64,000 nt of DNA from Tubiluchus corallicola (Eukaryota; Animalia; Priapulida): the NCBI GenBank assembly GCA_030141605.1, contig JAQGDQ010000209.1:186001-250000 (forward strand). The letters run 5' to 3'. Each line of letters opens with the position of its first letter. Within the stretch, counting starts at the first letter, position 1. Of the stretch, positions 13,801-24,138 are shown in pieces. The notes beneath the pieces were generated by a model. That model saw only the letters and a program-made list of their open reading frames with translations. It ran no database searches and was not told where the DNA came from. The position numbers were made by a program, and so were the translations under genes.

Positions 13801-16800
13801 TGATTATAACCAGAAAAATAACGTAAACTAGCTAATACTACATTGATGTGTAATATAGGTTTTGACCACATTTGAATTAATTTTGACTGTGAAGATCTCA
13901 TTGAGGTTTATAAAAACTGGTGAAAAAAAAGAAAACATTTTGTTTTATCTTTATTTAAAGTTAATCAAATAGTTGCTTTTATCTAACGTGCAAGGCCATA
14001 AACTAAACTAAACTGCGTATTTTCTTGACTGCAAAATGGTTTAATCAGCAACTCATAGGCGTGAGCATTGTGCATTTCTTCCTATAAACGAAACTAGACT
14101 ATATATTTCCACTAATTCACTTGCAATTTCAATTGACAATAATAAAATCTAGAACCAGGCCAATATTTCTCCCGCTAACTAATGAAAAGTTGAGCATTTT
14201 TCACAAGAGTGTTAGACGGAGCTGTAGCTAAATGTCCCGAACGTACCTGCGTTAATTAAGCTCTGCAGGCGTGTCAAATAACTTGCACGCTGATTGGGCA
14301 GTCAACGAAAATGATTGGCATTATATTACACGTCAATTATCGTAACACAAACTTCTCAGACTGTGTGAAATTATTTGAAAATGAACTAGCTTGTGTCATT
14401 TGTTTTGAAGTATTACGCAAACTAGCAGAACTTTGATATCGTTTTGTTTTTGGATGTCACTGTGCCCGCAAACAATATAATTTTGGACTAAAATTTGTTG
14501 TCTTGCTGGTTGTTACTCCGCTAATATGTTGTATAATTGTGAAAATTTTGGTCAATAAATCTACTACTAGTACTACTACTAACACCAAAGTGAACCCAGA
14601 AAACTGAATACGGATATAGGCTGCTGTCAACTGCAGCACATGATTATAGTTTTAGCACCTAACCGATTGAGTAATGAGAAAATCAAATAGTCCTTAACTT
14701 TTAAACACCGTGTCACTTACACTAATTCTAGGGCAAAATTTTTTATAATAGGCGTAATTTGCAGCATCATCAATAATTATGTTCTTTCATCTATCAGTCA
14801 CATAATTCTTTTTATAACCATTTCTATTTTTTAATATTAGATTTTTAGACTCTTAATTGATTATAATGCGTAATGTTTTTAAATTGTAACGTCATTTTTT
14901 TCGTTGTCTTTTATTTGCTATGTGCTGCTTATGTACGAAGTAAACTGATTGATTTATTGGTTGATTGACTGATTAACTGATTGACTGATTTGGTCAGCAA
15001 CGTTTGTTGCAGTCGTTGTAGCCGTCGTAACTGTCTTGACGTTTTCTTTGTAATTATACTTACCTTACGCCAGGTTTCGTAATGCCATGATGATGGGCTT
15101 CAATGTAGTCTGGACAGTAATTAGAATAATTTGCATATGAAGCCATGTCTAGTGAACCGAATGTTAGTAGAACATGATCTTCAGGTGGAGCCTGTAAAAG
15201 TTTAAATCGAAACGTCTAGCTCCAACTAGCAACTACGCCAACCATTACAATTTGCTTTATAAGTATGAAAACTAGAATGGAAGCGTTTAATGCGTTTGGA
15301 TCTAGCAGCGCCCTACATTTCTTGTAAAGATTATAATATTATCATAAGAATATCGTCGGAAGCGTTTACCTTTGTCACGCGATCCGTTTTTTCGAAAAAG
15401 TTTAAAATACGCAAATAGCGCAGATCCATTTATGCATTAGATTGACGGAAGTCGTAACAATGTAACAATTTTTATGGCAAATCAGTTTAACGGGCATATT
15501 TCAGGATCGTATTAGGACAATTAAAATTTCAGCACATTTGATGGCTGGGCAAAATTTCAGACTGTTACGATGAAAACTGGCTTGTGACACTTTTCAGAAG
15601 TAAATGTGACAAGATTAACACTAACAATAACAACAAGACCAAGTTCTAGGGATCCCGGTTCCCGGCAGTTCGTTCCGGTTCCAAAAATAAATTAAGAAAT
15701 AAACGAGCAAAACAGAATTCGGACCTCACATCATTATCACTGATGACGCGATAGCAACGATATGGTGCTATCAATAAAACCAAGAAACGACTACAAAGTT
15801 ATTCTAACCTAATTCTTTATAAATGTCTAATTAATAAAACAAAGAGACGCTTTTTGCTTGCTGGATCTTACCACAAATAAAAATTTTGCGTTTCGTCTTG
15901 GTTCCAGCACTATGTCTAACTTTGTGGCGCTGCCATCTATGTCAAGGTCAATGACGTCATCGATCTCGCCTAACCAAATTAGCATAAAAAGTATATAGAC
16001 TTGAAAAACGATACTTCCGATTTGCTATTCCTATAATGTGAAGTTTAAGTGTGTAAACTTGAATACTTAATAATGTTCATACAAAATTCGGAACATGTAC
16101 CCACGTAGCAATGTAAATACTATATTACTTTCGGTGGAAGCTTTTCGGTTCCATGCATATTGAAAATAGAGAACAATTAATTTCATTTCCCAAAAAATTA
16201 AATATATTGTAAATCATTATTATGATGAGTACTCTAAGTTTTTGGAAGAATCGGTGAAACTTTGGATATAAATATGATGTAATAATTGCTAACTGAACGA
16301 AAAAATCAGACAAATGTGTAGTCATTCGTAACTTTCAGAACAGTATGCAAAGTAACCAATATTAGTTAATTACTGTGATTAAAAATCTGTATGAAATAAA
16401 TGTGCACGAGAGTTACATGGCAGCGCAATTAATTTTATATTTGTCTAAAAACCTTCATTTATAATACTAATGCGTTTTAAATTATTTACCTACAAATTAA
16501 TTCTCACTTGTAAATATGTTTATAGTCCGCGCTAGTTTTAAATATTGTATTTTATATACGTCGCCTATTTTAATTACTAACTGCACTTTTTGTAAGTAAG
16601 AAATTCAATAAACAAATAAAAGTAACCTCTATTGTAGCAGAATCGATGCAGAGTTAACAGTTATGTGTCTTTGAATCAAAACATAATGTAATAAGCCTTT
16701 TCACAGTCTTGTTGTGCGCACGAGCAGTTGCTGTAGGTCAGAGGTTACCACAGCAACGCGTCTTAACTATAACCGTCACTTGACATGTGGGTAAAGCAAA

Positions 16801-19255
16801 GCCGTCTGCCGCATCAGTTCAGTAAGTTTAGTTGTTTTACGTGGAGTTTACTTAATTATGCACGGACTTTACTTAATTATAGATTAGACTGCGCGTAGAG
16901 TGATTTACCAAGCAAGATCTTGCTTGCGAACAAGAAAAAATGAATTAGGTAAGGTTCTAGTTAGCTGTTAAGACTGTTACTATTACAACAGCATGGGCTG
17001 CGAGGCGTTATCAAGTATACACAAATGCGCTGTCTGGTACACTTAACCTTTGACCTTTTCACGATCATCATGAATCGCTACATAACTGTGAAAAGGTTTA
17101 TTCTATTATGTTTCCACAGTTTAATGGGGAGCACAAAGTCGATTGTATCAGCAACCTTGGCGGTTTTTACCTGGCGAGTCTCCTTGAAGAATTTCACAGA
17201 ACTGACCCGAGAAGCCATAAGGACAAAAACAAGAATCGCAGTTGTTTACGTCTTGCGTACCTTCATGAAGGCAGGATGGGGTTTTGGTATCTTCACACGT
17301 TTCTGAAATAAATTTTTAATTTAATAGGCCTACACAACAGTTGAAAGAAGGGAAGTCTAACTATAAGCCTCGGTAATAAATGCAATAGCACTACCGAAGT
17401 TTTTCTAATAGACATCAGTCAGATACCGTCAATATAATGGCACGCTGTCAAACAAGGAAAACTGACGTTAACAATTCAATACGTTTAATAATTTCAAATG
17501 CTTTAATGTGACCAATAATAATGTAGGCTAAAGATAGTTTTAAGAAAATTAATGATATTAAATGATCAAAGCTCCTGAATGGTCTTCAAATAGCTTCAAG
17601 CGAACGTGGTTATTGTTTTCATTATTCCTACTAGTATATTAAAGATTTGAACCTTTCTTTGCTTTGCCGAAGTGAATGAATTAATAGAAATTCTAATGAA
17701 GCGAATGAAGAAATTGGAGGACGGATATATATATATATATACTAATAGACGAACGAGCAAACCAATAAACGAACAATACACAAATGAAAAAACGAAAAAA
17801 TATGCCACAACCAGCAGTCAAACAAACAAAATACACGCATACTTGTAAACAGTATACTTGTAAACAATATACTTGTAAACAATATACATGCAAACAATAT
17901 ACTTGCAAACAATATACTTCTAAACAACCAAAAACAAGCGCTTCTAGGAAAAGTAAATGAATACAAAAATGAGTACATCGCCCTTTTCCTTTTTCCAAAT
18001 CAAAGTTTGTACTCACTTGAGCAATACATGTGATTTAGAAGGGCCACATCTAAGAAAGTAAGATGATCTCGCTGTCCAATGGATCTAAATAGACCAAGCT
18101 CTTTCGAGCGAATTGTCGGCAATGGCCTCAATTTTGTAAATGCCTAGAAAGGAGAAAATCTAGTATCTGTGCTATACTTAGCAGTTGCATGCTTATCATG
18201 GGTATGTTTGTTCATTTCTTGTAGTTTCCTGCAAAAGTTCCTGCAGTAAGTGTTGCTGCGAAGCAATGAGCAGTCAAAGGAAGGTATAAATCTTTCTAAA
18301 ACAAATGAAAAATATTTTTTGACAACCATCCAAATTGCAAATTCCGTCGCAAAGCTTGACTGTCATCTTCGACATCACGTGCTAGTGGACTGGAGTTATA
18401 ATAGAACTATCGATTATATTATATTTATAAGTTATTTATTAAAAATTATTGCCAATTACAAAAGGAACAAAAACGAGAATTTGATTACTGAACATGCGAT
18501 TCTCGAGAATTTTAGTAACATCAAACCTGGCTTCATAAGCTTAATTCGTCGATTTTAATTTACAACTACATAGCACGTTCTTTTCTGCATAGCCATGCAT
18601 GCAACGATTTTACACTTTGCTTAACGCGTTCAGACCAAGGTCGCTTCAAAAGTCTGAGCAACAGTTTGTCATAAGATGAATATTGATTAGTTGCAAAGAA
18701 AATGGAAAATCAAATAAACCAGTGATTTCTGAAGTGCCACACATGTCTTCTTATTTAGAGACTTGTTTAGTCTATCATATGTCTTCATACGCTTAAAGAT
18801 GCTCAAACCTTTTCTCCAAATGACACCAAAAATATAAATTTAGTATCAGCACCAACTTACTTTGTAAATGACCCTTTTATTTTAAGATGGTGCTGCTAAA
18901 TTTCAATAAAATGGGTTTTCAGTAAAATAAACTAGAATAATTTGTGTAGTTTCTGAGACCATTGGTTGTAGCTCATTGCGGTCTTAAATATTGCACTGGG
19001 GCGTTTATAACTTAATACATTAATTTAACTGGATTTCTGTGTTACTTGACAGGAACCTTGCTTTATTAAACACAATGATTTTAGCACTCACTTTAATACT
19101 CTTTTAAATAACATCACTGTAAATAATGTTATATGCACCTTTATAAAAGCTAATTACAGAAGCCGTAACGTGTAATATTGTAGAATTCACTCTATGCAAA
19201 ATTGTATAATGTTTGTACAGAAATTTTTGCCTGGAAAAAAAACTAATAAAGACTT

Positions 19256-19322
<67 letters not shown>

Positions 19323-22300
19323 CCATCATCATCATCGTCATCACCATCACCATCACCATCATCATTATCATCGTCGTCATCATCATCATTTCATTAGTAA
19401 TTTTACAGAACATAAACACAATCGCCTTGAATTGTAGGACAACGAAAGAAGTGAAACAGCAACCATTACTGAGAGAAAGCATCACAAACGCTCTTTTAAA
19501 TCTTTACTATTAACTCAGTTAACTCAGTCAACGTGAACGTTCTAATTAAGCAAATTTGCGTTTATATTAAAGACGAAAACCAAGTTGACTTCAATTTATA
19601 GAGTAAAGATCAGAGAAAGTGTCACATCAATTTACCACAAGTCTATTGACTGTAATAATTCTTCCTCGTAATAATAACGATGAAATTATTTACAAATTTT
19701 AATCAAACTGTGTCATATATGTATCGTATGTCGGAAGTGGTGCTAATGAGCCATTGGCATAGCAGTGTTTGGCGTTTGCTGAAGTATCAGCTGTGTTTAC
19801 CTGTCTTGAGGGCAGATTTCTTTCATATTAGAATTTCTACCTGCCCGGTGTCTATAACAAGACTAACAGACGTATTGGTGCGACAAAGACGACGACGATG
19901 ACGATGATGATAGTGATGTTTATCAACACTTTCCTCAAAACCCATGCTGGAGTTAATGACAAACCTCAGTAGAATAGTGCATCAAACTAGACATATCGTA
20001 AGGCAAGTTGTAAGTTTCAAACCCATGAACGTAGAAGTTTTGTTCAGTTCCTACAGCAATGTTCTTCTGAATCATACGCATGTGCGAGTTGATATCTCTT
20101 CGAGAATTTTGATGCCAAATGCCAAGGGCATGGTTGACCAGATGCATGATCATACCTTTCTAGAAATGTCAATAAATTATGAGAGAAAAATATTTATCAA
20201 CATTTGTTTGCCAATAATTTTATTCTCTTAAATATTTCTTCTACTAGTAAAATTACTGTGCCATTAATTAAAAGATTGTCATAAATAATCTAATATTGTA
20301 CTTCAGTTTTCCGGATGAGAATTCTTCCATTTTACTGAAGCAAAAAAGAACTGGTGAAATACTTTACGCAACTGTTTTGCACTTGTCATTGATTACTATC
20401 TCTTGCTGTCCACCAATTCGGCCTATGTACGAGTAACACCTGTAAAAATGATCCCAGAGATTTATAAATACTTCGTGAGTCTAACCTAGGCTCTAGTATA
20501 GCCGAATATCACCAGCAGGTCGTTATATACGTCTGAAAGATGTAATTTTTGGTCACTCTTTTAAGAAGATTCATTCATTAGTTAACCTTGGAAACGGAAA
20601 GCAAAGACCTGTAAATCATCAGAATTAGAATTTCTCTGGTTAAAAATATGTGTCCAAAAACTTAGCGCGAAAATCACTACATTACAGGCAGCATTTATAA
20701 TGCCAAAAGTATTGAAGGTGGATATATTGAAAGCAAAAACAAAACGTAGTCCAAAAACAAAAATAAACAGAAGTTGTTTTATCGAATAAATAAAATTTTA
20801 ACTCTCAGATAATTCGATACTTAACTCAATGTATTAATAACTGTTAAATGGTTAAATGCCAGAAGATTATTTGTAACAAGTTACCGACTTCCCCGAGTGA
20901 AAAGTAAAGAATCGTTCTCTGATCTTAAAGGTGACCTGCTGAGTTGAAATCGCAGACAAGTACTTTTTTCTAAAGCCTCCAAACCTTGCACAATTGTGTC
21001 AGAAACCATTTCATCTGTAATCATGATGTTAAATTTAATATTAATTGATCGTGGAGCTGTCTATCAGCTCTAATCAATAAAAATCTACCAGATCATTCAA
21101 AAGTTGTCATATGAGAATTTAGAGTATGCGAATTATCATGCAAGACTGAATAAATTTTGCACTACCTCAGTCTTTTCAAATATTTAAAATCCGACACTAC
21201 AAAAATCTATACTGGATAATTTGCAAGATTTTTTAATCGTTCCGTTTCAGTATTAGTAAGTAAGCAGACCTAAGAAGTGATTACCTCAAGAAAAAGTCAC
21301 GGTATAGGGCACTATGTTATCCGGTGCGCGGCGAAAATGGCTCAGTAAAAGTGGCACAGGAAAACATGGCAGAAATGGAAAAGTAGGTAAAATAGCACTT
21401 GAAAAAATGACACGGTAAAAATGGCACATGAAAAAAGGCACATATGTTATTTTAATGCAATTGATTTCTATAATAGAATGCGCTCAGTAGAAAACTCATG
21501 TTATCCGATACTTGCAACATTAGCTTCACGGCATGACCTAGCTAAATGAGCTTTATCATTATCCATTTAAAGGACAAGAATAGAGAATTCATACAAAAGA
21601 CTTAAAACATTAGTCTCGAAATCTTGCATCATCTACATATTGTCTTACTGCACACAGAACATGTGTAAGCGATAACGCTGTATGAAACTTGTAAATTTAA
21701 ACTCCCACTTTAACTGTTAGCCGCAGCCATTTTAACGTTCAATCGTTAATAAGAAACGGAAACAAATTTAGATAACATCGCATAAGGTTAAGAAAACAAC
21801 CAGAGCATTCTTAACGCACACACTTCAATAACTAAGCAAATGTATAAATTACTATCTTGTCAATAAGATTAATAATATTTTTTTGGTAAGTCAGTGCTGC
21901 ACACTGCGATAGCGAAACAGTGATGTTTTATCAGTTAAATATTAAGTATTTTCTTTTTCAGTTACATAAGTATTTCTAACAGATTCTAATCTATTAAGAA
22001 ATAAATAACAAGAGTAATGCAAAATGATATAAGTTTATGTCAATGGAACGTTTTTTGCGACATACTTTAAAATTCAATTTCCTTCTCCTTTATTTGTCAA
22101 ATTTGCCACATATATTTGCCTAACAGCTAAATAAAAAGTATGTGCAACTGCCACGATATATTTTTTGGTATCTAAAAGCGTAAAATTTATAAAATTAAGG
22201 CCAAGTGCGGTCGCGGCTGTTAAAGAACTGTTTGCCTTAAAAAATAATTTCCATTGTCTTACCTAAATTTCTGATTTCGTAATAGATTGGTGATGTCCAT

Positions 22301-24138
22301 AAAGCTACGAATTCGTCAGTTGTTACACGATTTCTATTCCCTTTGCTTCTTACATTTTTACTTGATGGTGTTTCTTTCACTGATGCGATAAACGGTGATT
22401 GCTCATTTCTTGTTAAAATTTTAGCTTTCCCTTTTTCTTGAACATTTTCGTTTGCTGGTCTATCTATCAGCACGGGGTTTAGCAATGTTGTTGAATTGTG
22501 TGATGGAAAATGTGTTATTGATTTTTGTGTTGGTGTTGCCAATGAATGTGTTTTTGATTTTTGCTTTGGTGTTGTCAGTGGCTCTGATGCCGATTTTCGC
22601 TTTGGTGATATCAGTGGGTCTGTTGCCGATTTTTGCTTTGGTGATGTCAGTGGCTCTGTTGCCGATTTTTGCTTTCGCGTTGTCAGTGACTCTTTTACTG
22701 ATTTTTGTGATGATGTCGTCAGTGTCTCTTTTACTGATTTTTGCTTTGGTGATGTCTGTGGCTCTGTTACCAAATTTTGCTTTGGTGATGTCTGTGGCTC
22801 TGTTGCCGATTTTTGCTTTCGCGTTGCCAGTGACTCTTTTACTGATTTTTGTGTTGATGTTCTCGGTGAATCTGTTATTGATTTTTGCGTTGATAATGTC
22901 AGTGACTCTGCTATTGATTTTTGCGCTTGTGTTGTTAGCGACTCTTTTACTGATTTTTGTGATGGTGTTGTCAGTGGCTCTTTTACTGACTTTTCTGATG
23001 GTGTTGTCAATGGCTCATTTACTGATGTATGTGTTGATGTTGTCAGTGACTCTGTAATTGATTTTTGTGTCATTATCTGTAATTGGCTTCCAGGTTTGTC
23101 TGTTTTTGGTGCTTCTGTTAATAATGAATTTGTTGTTTTTGTTGTCTTTAATAAATCTGCTGATATTCTAGTTGTGGGTACATTCATTGCAATAGTAGAT
23201 GTTTTCCTAGGTGTCGTTAATGCTGCTGTTGTCTTAGCTGTAGCACTTCTTATTTGCGGCATCTCTGTTTTACTAGACTGTTTTAGAGACTTTGATTTTA
23301 TTAATGTACGTTGTGTTGGGCTTTCCCTTGTACCTGACGTCTCTATTGTCTTTCTGTTTAGTGTTTGCACGTTCGAGTTTGCCACGTTATTGCGAAATTG
23401 CATCGTAGGTACAACTATGGGGTTGAGCCTCATTCTAGATAAATGAGGTGGCATAGTGAATATTTGTCTCTTTTCTCTCCGTTTAGCCAGCAGTGGACTG
23501 AAAAGTCTACGTGCCTGAGACTCGCTTTTTAACAGTATGTCACCTTGCCACAATGGATCGATTTCTTCTGCCGAGAACTGAAAAAAGGAAAAGTGATTTT
23601 TCTTCTGACGTGTATACGAGTGAGGTTTGTAGAAAAAAACAAAAAATAATGAGTTTACCATTTCTGTACGTCCAAAAATCTTCGCCATTTCTTGCTGAGC
23701 GATCGTTATTAATTCGGTGATTTCACCGATCCATTCTCCTTGTAGCTTTATGATTTCGTCCTGTCAGGAAAACAACGAAAATAAATTTGACAATGCACGA
23801 ACGTTAAATTTTATTAATTTTCATCATATTATTAATATGATAAGTGCTAATTCTACTTGCTTATGTCATTCGTTCGCCATTTTAAAAGCCGGTCTCTATC
23901 ATTAGGTTCAATAACCTAGCCTTGAAAGTCTAAAGTAATCAATCTATAAGCAAAAAGTCAATTTCGGTCTTACTTGGTATTTGGCTATTTCTTCTTTACT
24001 TATTACAACAGTTGTTGGGTCCATTACATCTGGAGGTGGTACAATTTTCAGTCCAGCTGGTAGAGCGCTTACATTCCAAAACAACACTGCCCAAGTGACA
24101 ATCGCCGTCGATCTGTTTCTGCAATAGAATGAACCCAT
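7885..24138 (-). CDS. Astacin-family (M12A) protein, ~1233 aa: signal peptide - prodomain - mucin - astacin (catalytic Glu missing) - EGF - CUB-like - mucin - TSP1 - Cys-rich tail; 13 coding exons
   Basis: Exons 24138-23974 (alternative ATG at 24183), 23760-23659, 23577-22263, 21014-20885, 20439-20373, 20159-19965, 18143-18017, 17302-17171, 15969-15872, 15191-15064, 10676-10552, 10158-9180 and 8023-7885. All are GT-AG, phase-compatible and sum to 3702 nt. Motifs: prodomain WQGDI, KRREKR, TCLRF, CYSYIGR, HLVNHALGIWH, Met-turn SLMHY, IGQR, EGF CLHEG..CDSCFCPYGFSGQFC, CUB CPDYIE/RLCG, TSP1 WGLWNEWSSSC..RSRAC. The 20373 donor (GTTGCG) is weak and exon 15969-15872 is the least certain. Confidence 0.85.
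9180..10158 (-). CDS. Second Thr-rich mucin region and TSP1 exon of the astacin-like gene
   Basis: ORF 9176-10210 ends in WGLWNEWSSSCKGRCGCKSYVRSRAC. Confidence 0.85.
10820..12275. mobile_element. Non-autonomous foldback DNA transposon with ~400-bp terminal inverted repeats and TTAA at both ends (Kolobok-like)
   Basis: 10820-~11225 is the imperfect reverse complement of ~11868-12275. Termini are TTAAtagggaagagggagaaaggcaattttaaag and ctttaaaattgcctttctcccccttcccttTTAA. Confidence 0.8.
12430..13200 (+). mobile_element. Degenerate LINE ORF2 C-terminal remnant (CR1/L2 group)
   Basis: Broken frames give ..FTRLRLQSHNFRIETGR*RREPRERRLCDC..TEVHI.., the typical LINE ORF2 C-terminal motif, with stops and frameshifts. 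Confidence 0.7.
16695..17097. mobile_element. Putative MITE (PIF/Harbinger-like)
   Basis: Inverted termini gccttttcacagt and actgtgaaaaggt, flanked by TAA and TTA. Confidence 0.5.
17838..17920 (+). repeat. 15-bp tandem repeat (aatatacttgtaaac), ~5 units
   Basis: Directly visible; intronic. Confidence 0.85.
19256..19390 (+). repeat. (CAT)n microsatellite
   Basis: Long CAT/CAC/CGT trinucleotide run in an astacin intron. Confidence 0.95.
19965..20159 (-). CDS. Astacin zinc-motif and Met-turn exon with degenerate HExxH
   Basis: Translates KGMIMHLVNHALGIWHQNSRRDINSH...PYDMSSLMHYSTE. Confidence 0.9.
22263..23577 (-). CDS. Large astacin exon: prodomain end, convertase-type site, Thr/Ser/Lys mucin insert and start of catalytic domain
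   Basis: ORF 22237-23688 contains WQGDILL, KRREKRQ, 12-aa repeats of the TTPSQKSVKEPL type, then LWTSPIYYEI. Confidence 0.88.
22510..23070 (-). repeat. Coding 36-bp tandem repeat (12-aa Thr/Ser/Lys/Pro units)
   Basis: Repeated tgtcagtgactcttttactgatttttg motif inside the large astacin exon. Confidence 0.9.

Noticed and set aside
19194-19485. Poly-His, poly-Ser and poly-Met ORFs
   Set aside because: Translations of an intronic (CAT)n microsatellite with no supporting gene structure.
22452-23446. Plus-strand ORFs of 201 and 316 aa with Cys/Asp/Phe or hydrophobic repeats
   Set aside because: Antisense shadows of the 36-bp coding repeat.
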